Of a stretch of 64,000 bases of DNA, positions 12,201 to 24,200 are shown one piece after another (within the stretch, counting starts at the first letter, position 1; each line of letters starts with the position of its first letter). Where the stretch lies: assembly GCA_905178155.1 (NCBI GenBank), contig CAJINV010000004.1:9710625-9774624 (forward strand), read 5' to 3'. Both the position numbers and the translations under genes were made by a program. Source of the DNA: Amoebophrya sp. A120. Lineage: Eukaryota > Protista > Dinoflagellata. The notes under the pieces were generated by a model. The model saw only the letters and a program-made list of their open reading frames with translations. It had not been told where the DNA came from and ran no database searches.

Positions 12201-15200
12201 TCTTCGAAAGTGAAAGACAACAACGCAGGAGCAACGGGTGGCGCAGCAGGGTCTTTCTCAGCCCCTACTGATCAAATAAAACCGCAGCAGATGAAAGTCC
12301 TCACCGACCTGTCCGAGGGCGACGCCATAATACCGCCGGCTCCCCCCATCGATCTGGCCGCGCTGGAAGCGGAAGAAGCGGGCTCGGAGAAAATTGCGTC
12401 CTTTCTTTCCATATCAAATGCAAAAATGTCTGGGTCTGGAAGAATGCATGTTTGTCATGCTTGTCTGGAATGACTCTTAAATCTGTCATGCACGTTACCC
12501 AAGAGCTCCATTTTTCTGTGATGCAGAAACGCAGTTTGTCATGCAGAATAGGCAACATCTAGAAAGAAGCTCAGAAACTTGTCATGCTTAGCCATCACTT
12601 GTGGCCTCATCATGAGACGCCACCCAGCAGCACAAGTTTCCAGACCCAGACATTTTTACACTTGATATTCCAAACTGGATAACAGCGAAGCTAGGCTGTT
12701 GGATTTGATCTCCGAAAGCAAGGAACTCGAATCCCTCGATCATTCAGGTTGTACTAGCACGGAAACGCTAGAAGTACTGGCGCAGAAAGCAGACGACAAA
12801 GTTTTTAACCTGGAACTCTTCGGCTTGCTTCTCGACAGCAACGAGGGGTTGGAGCGACGGATCCGCACATTGAACCGCGAAATGGCCGCGCAGGTGTTGG
12901 TTCAAGAGAGTGCATCTTCTTCAAACACCAGCAAAACCACATCAAACCGCGGCGTTCCTCAACACATCACTAACGATGCGAAAGACCGGAAACAGCGACT
13001 TGGGACCTTGTTAAAATCCGTGGAGCGCGGCGTTCCATCCGCGACCTGGGCGAGGCGGAAAACCGCAGATAATAATTCTAGTAAGACGCCTACCAGTTCT
13101 TGTGCATCTACTTCGAGTGCAGCTGTTTCTGCTACAACTACTTTCGAGATGAAAAAGTCGCGGTCACGGAAAGGCTCGACGTCTGAACTGCAAGACGACC
13201 ACGACGGAGTCACTAGGGGCTCCGCCTGCAATTCCACGATCTCTACGACTGCGAGTAGCAGTAGTTCTCTGAGATACAGCAACAGCTCCTCCACCGCTTC
13301 GAACAGTGTTGTGAACGCCAACAAGCTTTTCTCCCCACCATCAAGAAGTACCAGAACCGGAGGACGTGACACCACGGTTAACAATACTGCGAATAAAGAA
13401 GACGAGTGGAAAGCGCAGCTACAGAACGACTACAACGTGCCTTGCGAAAGTGTGTCAACCCTCGGAGAAGCCATCGTGAAAGTGCTGGACCTGACTCACT
13501 CGGAGTTGTTTCTCCTACCGCAACACGGGTTTGAAGAGTTCGCAAACGGCGGAATGATGTTGAGAAAAAACGCAGCTGGTGCAGCTACCCAAACTCCTGA
13601 CAGCACCGATGTCGGTGGTCGGTATGGAAGCGTCAGGATTGAAATCGTCACTCAAAGTTGAAATGATTTCTCATGCAGAAATTGCAAGGCATCAAGTGCC
13701 TCTCTTGCAGGGACGACAAGTGAGGCCGACTGTCAGCCTGTTTGGGGTCTGCGGTAATGCTGCTAAACTAGCATGACAAAAGACGCCTTCTGTTCCTAAA
13801 CTGCATGACAAACTGGATTTAGTTGGTGCAGAAATTTGTCATGCGCCGCTTGAAAATTGTGCTTCCAACTGGTATCGATTTTATGCATTACAAGTTATTT
13901 CAACCTTGTCGATTTCGATCCTGACACTCCCATAGTCGGTACCAGCGGTGTATGGACGCCAGGGTGCTGAAAAAAGTCTCAGAGTCGATTCTGGTCGAAA
14001 ACGAAGATGATCTCCTGAGAGTTTCAAGTAGAACATCTTCCTCTTCGTCGTCGGGAAGTAGCTCGTCCTCTAGTTCGTCTAGCATGATCTTCCCGGATGA
14101 AGTAGAAGATCAGGAGCCGCTAATTGCAAGGGCCGGAGCCAGAATCGAGAAGAAGTGTCTTTGCCTGTTTTCGCGGTCTTCTTTATCGACGTTCTCGGGA
14201 GGTGAAGATCGGGACGATGAACGAGAACAAATTGAAGACCACGCATTAGTCAACAAAACTCCAACAGCCTTGGCGCTGATTGAGTACGGTGGCGATGGCC
14301 TTCCTTCCTCCGCGGCATCGACCTATTCCTGGGTGGTGATGACATTGACAAACTTGCTGAACGACGAGAACAGTACGTGCAGTAGATCGAGCTCGTCGCA
14401 TCATGATCAAGATGTTCATCATGTTCTTGGTGACGAAAAAAATACTACGCCTGCCTGCTACACCGTCCTGATGAAATACCCGGTCACTTGCCTCCCAGAC
14501 GGCCTCTTCGAGCTTCCCAGCAAGTTTGACCCCGAACAAGCAGGGGTAGAAGTTGTTCCGGATAATGGTGGCGAGAGACCACGAGGACCTGATGGTCATG
14601 TTACTGCTGTTTCTCTTCCTGTCGTTTCGTGTTCTCGCCAACGTTTCGACATTGTGCAGGTGGAGAATTTCAACACCAAAAGCCCCTTCATATCCTGTGC
14701 AAAATTATCGTACTCGTACAAATGCATTACAAATTTTCTCAGCATGAGAAATAAAATTTGTAATGCTGATCTACCTCAACAAAAAGATTTGTAATGCATG
14801 ATCGCAATACGATTACGAGTGCGATACTTTTGCACAGGACACTTCACCGATATCGACATCTTCACGGACGCAGCGACCTATTAAATGCAAAAATGTCTGG
14901 GTCTGGAAGGTTGCCAGGCCTATCATGCATATTTTGCATGACCCAGGAGGTCTGTAATGCATGACCTAGCATCACAGATTTTGAGAGGCGTTACTGATGC
15001 CTATTCCGCATGGGAAATACCGTCTCCATGTGGGACAAAGTGAACTCTTCTTGCTGGTCATGCAATGCAGATTTTTTTGCAGTCCAGAGTTAGCATCACA
15101 AGTTCCAACCTTCCAGACCCAGACACCTTTGCAATCCATACGACCTATTCCCAAGCGCGAGAGCAGCAGGAGCACTTTCTGCGGGTGGACGCGCAAGTGA

Positions 15201-18200
15201 GTAAAGTGTTCGTGTGGGTGAGCAGCTACAGCAACGACTTGAGCCGGAGGTATTCGGGGGTCTACGCGAAAAACAACCATCCGGCGTTTCCGTATTTTCT
15301 TACCTTGGAGGAATCCGCAGACTCGTTAAAGGCGAAAAACTGGAGCACTGACGACGCCAAACATCGCGCGGTGGGACTGGTGCCTCACTTCATTTCATCC
15401 GGGTTCGGAACGGCGTCTGGTACTGGTGCCACGCCCCTTTCCACCCCGTCGAAGACGCCCACCAGCTCAAGCTCTTCCTCCACTTCTGCGTCGACCTCTA
15501 CATCCAAACGCACAGTTAACTGCGATTTGCGGTGGTACTTGGCGGAAATCGACCCACTGCAGGGGTATCTATCCACAGGAATTTTTTTCCCATACACGTA
15601 GAAATGTGGCTCCCGCATGACAAACTTTTCCTACGGATCCTCTTCCGCATGACAAGTTGCTTCGTCTAAGTCCGTGAAATGATTTATGATGCATTTTGTC
15701 CATGTATGGGGATAAATTTGTATTGCATAGTAGCAGCCCAATTTGAACAAGCAACCGCAGATCCAGGGTTTACTAGAAACACCCGTTTCGGCGAACAACA
15801 GCGATATCCTCTGGTTGCAAATCGACCCCGAGCACATGTTCAAACAGGACGACCTACGGCTGTCCTTTGAGGGGGACCAGCGGTGGACGCTGTTGCAGCA
15901 GTACTATGGTCCAAACGGGATCTTCCCCCGATATAACAAGACCAATTCGACGGACCAGGTGGAACAGTTGCAGAGCCAAACACCCGGACAGACCCCGACG
16001 GCGGCGGGGGGAAGGGGTGGAGGTGCTGCGTCTGGCCGGAGTAGCAGCAGCAGCGGTAATTCTAGTGCTTGTGCCTCCTCTACTTCGTCATCTTCAACGT
16101 CATCAAGTAGTTCTTCCAGCAGTAGCTCCAATAGGTCTTCGAGTAAGAAGAAGAACGGTCTACCACAGTACACGCCTTTCTGCGAGTATCCAAGAAAAAA
16201 AGTTTGTTAGTGTATTAACTATCTTCGGCTGAGGACAGCATCACAAATTTGCTCTACATGACTGAGTAATAAACCTGTCATGCGTGGCTTGTAAGGGAAA
16301 ACACACACGAAAAGACGACTACATGGTTGTCTGGCATGTTGACAGGTGTCAGAACTCTGTTGCATGTTCTGCATTTTTACAGAGTTACACTTACACAGTT
16401 TTTTTCTTGCATAGCGAGTACGACGAACGAGAATTTTTCGACCTCTACTCCGTCACCGTCGGCGTGTTTCAGGATGAGGCCGCGTATCCTGTGCAAAAGT
16501 ATCGTACTCGTACTAATTGCATTTATGCATGACAAATCTTGTCCTTAAGGTAAAGTAGCACGACTACAAATTCCATTCTTAATGCTGAGAAAATTTGTAA
16601 TGCATTTATACGAGTACGATACTTTTGCAATTCATACCGCGTGGCTGACGTTTATGCAGGGCTTCGAATCCTCCGGCGCGAAGTGCACCGCGAAAACGGT
16701 ACAAAAGAGGCTACCACCACCCTCGAAAAAAAGGAATTACTACGGGAATCTCGGAGGAGGAGGTCGTGGCGGGGACCTGCTCCAGGGAAGTAGAGGTGGC
16801 GCAAGCTCCAGGGCCAGAAATCACAATAACGCTGCTGACGATCGCGGTCGAGGAAACAGAGGACCACGTGGAGGTGGAGATCCTAGTGAAGACGATGACA
16901 GTTTCGTGAACGGCACCAGGGTTATTGTCCCAGAACAAGACCGGAAGTGCTGCGCTGGCCTACTTGGCAATATTAACAGCAAAAGAGGACCACGCGGCGC
17001 TGCTTCGCGAGGTCAACAGCAACATCAAGAAAGTGGCGACTTTCTCTCCGCTTCCCCGCCAACACACCGGTCCAGGTTGAGTCCGTTACTAGGGGGCATT
17101 TTCGGCGGCTGCGCGATTTCTACCCCCAGCCGGGAAAGAACATCAGAAGAGGTTGGGGAGTTCGAGTTGCGGGAGCATCCGCAAAGTGCGAAAAACACAC
17201 CATCGCCCGGCGCGGCGGATGGTGGTCGTGCTGGGAAGAGCAAGTCGAAGAGAGGAGCTGCTGAGGAAGTGGATCTAAGGAACAATGGCACGCGCACGCT
17301 GCAGAAATCTCACAGCGCCGAACAGAGCACTAGTCAGGAGCCGCGGAAAGACCGGCGGGCGGCGCAAGACGCGAACATCAAGCACCAGATATCCTGAGTA
17401 AAAACGTCCCCACACCATTTTCAAGATGGGGAATCGGCTAGACAAATCCACAAGTTTTGGCTGTTTTGCATGACAAATTTGGATTCGTAGTGTAGTGCTG
17501 TCTGAGCTAGCTCAGGAGCATCACAGATCTAGCATACCATGCTGATTGGAGCATGACAAATTGCAAAGCACGACTATAAAATGCTTCTCTTGGGGCTCCG
17601 CATGAGAAACATTTTCAGCATGCAGATTTGCATTACAAATACAACTATTGGGTGGGGACGTTTTTAAATAGGATACCAGAAAGAGAAGTCCAGGACGACT
17701 AGGACGAAAAGAAATCCTATCGCAAGAAAAAAGTGTTACAGTTACACATTGTGTTGCAGGCCAAGCAAGACAGACAAGCTCTGTCATGCCGGATATGCAT
17801 AGGAGCCTCGTTTCATAGGTGTTTTGCCGTAGGATTTCTGCATTACAAGTTTTCTCTCTCATGCAGGGACATTTGTGTTGCTGAATTCACTACAAATGTG
17901 TAACTGTAACACTTTTTTCGTGGGATAAATCCGGCCGATGGAGGCGGAACCACAAGAGTTCAGGCTACCGGAGATGCGCATCGTGATACTACAACCTCAA
18001 AGCCCCAGAAATACCCAAACAGCGCGTCAAAACGGTCCGGCGCACTCGCCAGCTCTCCGGCAATCGCCTGCTCCCCGAGCTCCCCCTCCCACCCCGGGGT
18101 TCTCTCGACCGTCGAGGTCGCGATTGCCAGCAAAACCGAGGAAGACTGCACCATGAACTACCTCGGCTGGAAAGCGAAGGAGCTATTTCCGCCGATAGAC

Positions 18201-19165
18201 GACACGGAACGCGTGCAGATCCGGGTCGGCGTGAGGCGACGCGCGTTGACACGATACAACGGAATCTACCGGAAAATCGTGGTTTCGACGACCCAAGATG
18301 ACTCTAGTATTCTTGGCGAAACCACATCAAGACAACTCCCCATCTTTGTCCAGGAGCTCCACGAAGCGGTGCTTCCCGACGGCAGCTCGTCTCCGAAACT
18401 GCAGGTGTTAAGACCCGGTCACGGCGCGTCGACGTGGACCACGAGTTCTCCTGCGCACGCGATGCCGGCCGCGGCGCTATTCCCCTTTTACGGGTCTGAT
18501 AGGAACGATAAGATCGGGTGGTATCTGACCCACGTGCGGTACGACAAGGAGCTGAAGCAATTCTCCTGTTACAACCCGAACAGCAAGAAGCAGCCGGCGC
18601 TCGCGAACCTTCGCGGGACGATGTGCCATGAGGATTCGCAGTACATTTTTCTGCTCGAAAACGTCGATTTCAGTGGCACGCAGGACTGGTACTGCATCCA
18701 GCAGCACTGGGACAGTAGCGGGAACCCCTTGGATGACGGGAAGAAACCGCCGAAGCGGGGACAGTACTTCGGCAGCGAACACGGGAAGAAGACGGCGACA
18801 CTGCGGGACCTGATGGGGTTCGTCACCGCGGGGTTATGAACTGCAAAAGTATCGCACTCGTATAAGTGCACTGCAAATTTCCTCAGCATGAGAAATAAAA
18901 TCTGTAATGCGGAAATGCCTCAAGAAAAAGATTTGTAATGCAAGACTTGCATTTATATATACGAATACGATACTTCTGCACAGGATAGGGGTGGGTAAGG
19001 GTCGACGTCGAGCCGATGCGAAGTAGAGCACCTGCTTCGGGCTTGAACAATAATACAACCAATAGAAGTCCATTTTCTTCGCCGGTAGCAACTGCGGGGG
19101 GTGGCGGACTTTCGGCGAAAAAAAAGACGAGCAGTCCCAGTGCGGTGCTGCAGTCGCCGAAATGA
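9256..19165 (+). CDS. Large hypothetical protein (>2,400 aa), 12 introners; true start upstream and unresolved (possible exon near 8898-9026)
   Basis: ORF-track fragments 9256, 12042, 12699, 13952, 15065, 15743, 16582 and 18153 join in one frame when the 12 elements plus one DR each are removed; stop TGA at 19163-19165. Confidence 0.75.
11584..11733. mobile_element. Introner family C
   Basis: DR AGTCC; opposite orientation to the 4925 copy. Confidence 0.9.
11784..12018. mobile_element. Introner family B
   Basis: DR CACGG. Confidence 0.9.
12412..12667. mobile_element. Introner family D
   Basis: DR TTCCA; close relative of the 25689 copy. Confidence 0.9.
13623..13934. mobile_element. Introner family F (TIR TATGGAAGCGTCAGGATTGAAATCG)
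   Basis: DR GTCGG. Confidence 0.9.
14691..14841. mobile_element. Introner family C (3' end ACA)
   Basis: DR CTTCA. Confidence 0.88.
14879..15140. mobile_element. Introner family D
   Basis: DR CGACC. Confidence 0.9.
15570..15729. mobile_element. Introner family J (singleton; TIR ..CCCATACA)
   Basis: Imperfect TIR; DR GTATC/GTAGC; frame restored only if the 5' copy is kept. Confidence 0.8.
16187..16413. mobile_element. Introner family G (TIR TATCCAAGAAAAAAA..GTGTAA)
   Basis: DR GCGAG. Confidence 0.88.
16485..16636. mobile_element. Introner family C
   Basis: DR CCGCG. Confidence 0.9.
17390..17675. mobile_element. Introner family H (TIR TATCCTGAGTAAAAACGT)
   Basis: DR CCAGA; close relative of the 37381 copy. 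Confidence 0.9.
17718..17927. mobile_element. Introner family G-like (AAAAAAGTGTTACAGTTACACATT)
   Basis: DR AATCC. Confidence 0.9.
18835..18987. mobile_element. Introner family C
   Basis: DR GGGGT. Confidence 0.9.
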
Positions 19166-21259
19166 ATCCCCTGATGAACAATCAGGCAGAGCTGCGGGTC
19201 GCGACCGAGAGGGAGCAGCCAGTCGTGTAAGAAAATTTTGTCACAAAAATAGAAACATTTGCATAGTCGTGCTACCTTTATCAATCTTAGATTAATCTCA
19301 ATGTAGAAGTGTCCAAAGCTGGAAAAGTGTTTACCTCTCGTGATTATATTTGAAAAAAAAACAATATATAATATACCAAAACTGTTGGACTTTGAACACA
19401 CCTGCCACACTGAGCGAACAAAGCTCCTACCTTCCGAGGTCTTTCAATCACCACAAACGCTTCAATCTCTCAGCAGACAGGGCGAAAGCCTCTGGCTGCG
19501 TTGCGTCCTGTGAGGATTCATCATTCAAGGCCCGCGGTCATTCGTCATACATCATCTCATCGCAGGCTCTGAGGCTTCAGGTCTCTAGGTATTCTGGGAC
19601 CTATTTCCCACTCTGCATCTTGAGACTTGACCGAGGAAGGAGATCCCTGATAGAGTTTTGATCAAGGTTTTGGCCAGATTCTGGGATCTTGGGAGGTCGG
19701 CCAGATCGATACCGTAGAAGCCTGCGTAGGTAAAGTTTCGATCTAGGGCGGCCGTCCTGGGTAAAGTTTTAGCAAGGACGGACGTCCTAAGTAAAACCCT
19801 AACCCGGGAGCTACCAAGCCTGAGGACAAAACCTGAATCATCTGAGGAGCCTGATCTGCTCCCGGATCTCCTCAGCTCATCGCTTGCATTTGGGGAGCAG
19901 GCATGTCGGGATCTCATAGAAGTTGCAGTCTTGCGTGGAGGTAGGGTTTGGATCACATGACCAACAAAAACCAAGAACAGGAATACAGCAGCAAGATGAA
20001 ACTTGAGCAAAAGCGTCGAGAATAATAAATCGTCACCATGCCGCTTTTACACGACCGACCGAGCACCTGCACCCACGAAGATGAGCAGAGAGTGACACTC
20101 ACACTCCTCGTCGTTGAAGGCCACATCTTGTAATATCAACATTAGCATACAATGCACCGGAGCTACTCAGCTGAGCGTAGGCAACACAAGTTGAGATTTT
20201 GGAGATATAGACACACAGCAAGACCAAGAGTCGCAACCTCGTTGGCTGGGTGCAGAAGGAAAATTTTTGAAAATGGAAATGAATCAATATGAAACCTTCG
20301 AGTGGCTGTATCATGTTGGTACAAAGAGAAAATCCTCCAAGAAACAAGAACCTCCTTTAATACGCAACGCTCTGTGCTGCGAAGTCTCTCACTAGTGAAG
20401 GTCTTGGCCAGTCGTTTGAAAAGTAAAAGCGACTTCGGTCCTAACATTGCCGCAGCAACAACATGTGAAATCGGTTTCTAATTCACAAGCATAATGTTAT
20501 CCGTGATGGCATTGTTGTGTCATTGGTCATGTCGGTTCTTTTATTTTGGGTAGTTCTACGTATCATGTCTTATGCGCAAAACATAGCCAGCATTCGATCT
20601 TCGTATCTCAAGAATGTCTTCCGTAAAATTACTGTCCAGGTCGTGCAGTTTTTTCCCCGGCGATTCCCACATGTCTTTAATGAAGATTTACGTGTAATCA
20701 AAAACGAAGAGCACTCCTATCTGGGAGTTCCTACTGCAGTAGTTTACCACCAACATTTTCCTTTCTTTTTCGAAGATCGTAAGAATTGCTATCAAGTGAC
20801 ACTAACGTCCCTCTATCGGTAGAGTAGTATTCGTACTCCGAATCGTCATCGGTATCGTACGCGTACTAATTCGTATCGTTCAGCAAGCTAGTCGTAATCG
20901 GTGTGCCAGCGCAATAATTATCTGTCGTGCTATCGTATATAGGTCGTGCTATGCATCGCGCCATCGCAGTAGCAGTACCATCGTTGTACCACCATGGGTC
21001 CACTCGTGAACGCATAACGTCAGGTGCCTTGAGTCAACTGGCAACTTGCATTCCCACTCTAATAAAGTCACAGCGTTCCCGCCGTTGTACGGTTCTACTT
21101 TTGGAGGGTCAGCAAGGTGTTCCCCTTCCCACATTTTCCTTACAAGAAGACTATTAGCAGTAGCATCTTCACACATCACAGCGAGCTCCAGACTGTGTTC
21201 AAGAATTTCTTCAACAGTGAGTGCTTTCTACGCAACATCGTAAACTATTCCCAAGAGCC

Positions 21260-24200
21260 ATGACCTCAAAACCCGCGCCTGGGCGTTGCACGTACTTTGA
21301 ATTCCGGAAAAAGCTGCGCGAAGACGCTGCTTGGGAGGAGGAGGCAAGACGCTTGCGCGCAACGCGGGCCCAGCTATCAAATGTAAAAATGTCTGGGCCT
21401 GGAAGAATGCAACTTGTCATGCTCAATCGGAAGCATGCAAAAATCTGTGTTGCATGATTGCCAAAAGTCGTCCAGTTTTGGCCAAGTCGGGAGGGAGTTT
21501 CTCATGCAGGATAGGCATGAGAGAGATCGCACAGAATCTTTCATGCTAGGTCCTGCATTCCAGACCTCATGGGTCATGGAAAAGCTGCATGACAAGTCGC
21601 GCACTCTTCCAGACCCAGACACTTTTACATTTGCTACCAGCACGAGGTTGACCACGACGCAGACAGGAAAAGAGAAAAGGACGCAGAAAATGACGATGGC
21701 AGCACGTTCCACAAAGACTTCTATCACAAGGAAAAATCCCCCCTCCCCATATCAAAAGGAAGTTTCTGATGCTGGATTTGCGTATACAAATCAGGTCTGT
21801 CTTGCAGTAGAGGAAAGCAGGCTCCTGCCGAGCCTGAGTAGAGAGCTTTTGGCCTAGGCGCTTAGCATGAGACACGTCTACGCTGTAGGCCCAACAGCAT
21901 CACAAAGAAACCGCCTGCATAATGCGGCAGAGCCTGTGGAGATGTCTTCTTGCAAGACAGACGTGATTTGTGGTCTCAAATCAGCAAGACAAATTTTCGC
22001 AAGCATACCTTTTCGATATGGGGCGGGGGGATTTTTCCTCTCAATAACTTGAACTTCCAGGCTTTCCTCGTTCTCAAGTGGGATGAGGATGTCCTGGACT
22101 TCGACGGCGACTTCTTAGTCACCAGCACGAACCCCTGGCTCGAGGGAATCAAAAACGAAGACCTGTATACTAACACCACCGGCGACGTATGCATTGCAAA
22201 TATGTCTGGGTCGGGAAGTAGAGTGTACACGTGTCATGCAGGTTTTCGTTTTCCACGTTGTCTGGAATGCGAGACCTAGCATGACACAGTCTGTGAGGTG
22301 GTCTCTCTCATGCCTATCCTGCATGAGAAACTCCCTCCCAACTTGGTCGAAAGTGGACAGCTTTTGGCACTCATGCAACAGAGATTTTGGCATGATTCGG
22401 ATTTAGCATGACAAGTCGCAATCTACTTCCAGACCCAGACACTTTTGCAATCCATACGACGGTCGAACGAACTATGGTGGCGCGGACGCAGCTTTGCACG
22501 CTTTGTGTCCGAAACTCGCGGATCAGAGCCGACAGGCGCTGAAGGAGCAACGGGACAGGCAGAAGCGGCGACAACGCGCCCTCCGCGACGACCGCCGCAG
22601 ATTATGCATTGCAAAAGTATCGTATTCGTATAAAGATAAATGCATTTACGAATTTCCTCAGCATCATGAGAAATAAAATTTGTAATGCGGACTTAGGTTA
22701 AGAACAAGATTTGTAATGCATGTTTGCAACTACTACGAGTGCGATACTTTTGCACAGGATACAGATCTGCGACGGGCGAATCTTTGGAAAGCGGTGTCGG
22801 ATCGTCGCCGAGGTCTATCAAATGCAAAAGTGTCTGGGTCTGGAAGGTTGGAACTTGTGATGTAAGCTTTGGACTCTAAACAAATCTGTATTGCATGACC
22901 AGCAAGGTGAGGAGTCTAGTTTGTGCTACGCAGGGAGGGCGTTTGTCATGCGGCGAAGGCAGCTTCAGCAAGCCCTCTAAAAATATGTGGTGCTAGGTCG
23001 TGCACTACAGACACCCTGGGCCAAGCAAAATATGCATGACAAACTCACGTCCCAGCCGTCCCAGGAGTTTCTGTTGCTGTCTCTCGATAGAAATCGCGCT
23101 GTCGAATTTAAATATTTCTGTCTTAGAGTTTACCGAGTGCGCGGCTTAAGTTTCTTTGTAGGCTTAATTTATTCAGGGACACCCTGCCCTTAATAGTCTC
23201 CCAACATGACAAACCCGGCAACATTCCAGACCCAGGCACTTTTGTATTTGATAGGGTCGCTCGGGGACAAGTCGATCGCAAGACTGGGGTCTGGCGACGT
23301 CGTATTCGCTTCGCCGAGAGCTGATATTTCCGAGCAGGATCATATCAGCGAGAACTCCGGAGACCCGATACAGGGAGAAAGTACAGCAAAACCGAAGAAA
23401 GCGCCGGTCGTTCGTCGCATGACGCTCGACCCCTCCGCGCTTGGCGTGGACCCTAGAGCGGGAATGAAGAAAAAACGCAGTGGCAGCAGCGGTTTCGGGG
23501 ATGTATCAACTGCAAAAATGTCTGGGTCTGGAACGAAGCAACTTGTCATGCTAAATCTGAATCATGTGCAAATCTGTGCTGCATGATTGCCGCAAGCTGT
23601 CCACTTTTGACCTAATCGAGAGGCAGTTTCTCGTGTAGGATAGGCATGGTAACACTAACGCAGTAGAATCTGTCATCATGCTCATATGTCCTACATACCA
23701 GACCTCATGGGTCATGGAGAACCTGCGTGACAAGTCTGGCATTCTTCCAGCAGACCCAGACACTTTTGCAGTTGATACGATGAAGAGGAGAACAAGACGG
23801 AGGCAGTTTTTCTGGAGAAAAAAGTCTACTCCCCGCGCGCAGGGGGCGGTCCATCGCCTTTAGCGTCGCCGCGATCAGGGCAGGGGACGATGATCTCGCC
23901 GAGAGCGTCTCCGAAGGCTTCTCCAAGGTCAATCGCATCTGGGAGCAGGTCGGGGACAGGAAGCCTTAATGTCGAAGGAAAGCACATGGCGCCTTCTCCG
24001 TCCGCTTCCCCACGGGCTTCTTCGCCTCGTCTCGTCTCCCCGCGGAACCCGCGGGATGACATACCTGCCCCGCGTGCAGGGTCTGGCGGGACCCACGTGA
24101 TCAAAAGCCGGCCGTCACAGCGGACGATGGGGATGCGGTGCGGGAGTAAGGAGTCCAACGTTACGCCGACGTACGGGACGCAAGTCAGCTACGGAAGCGT

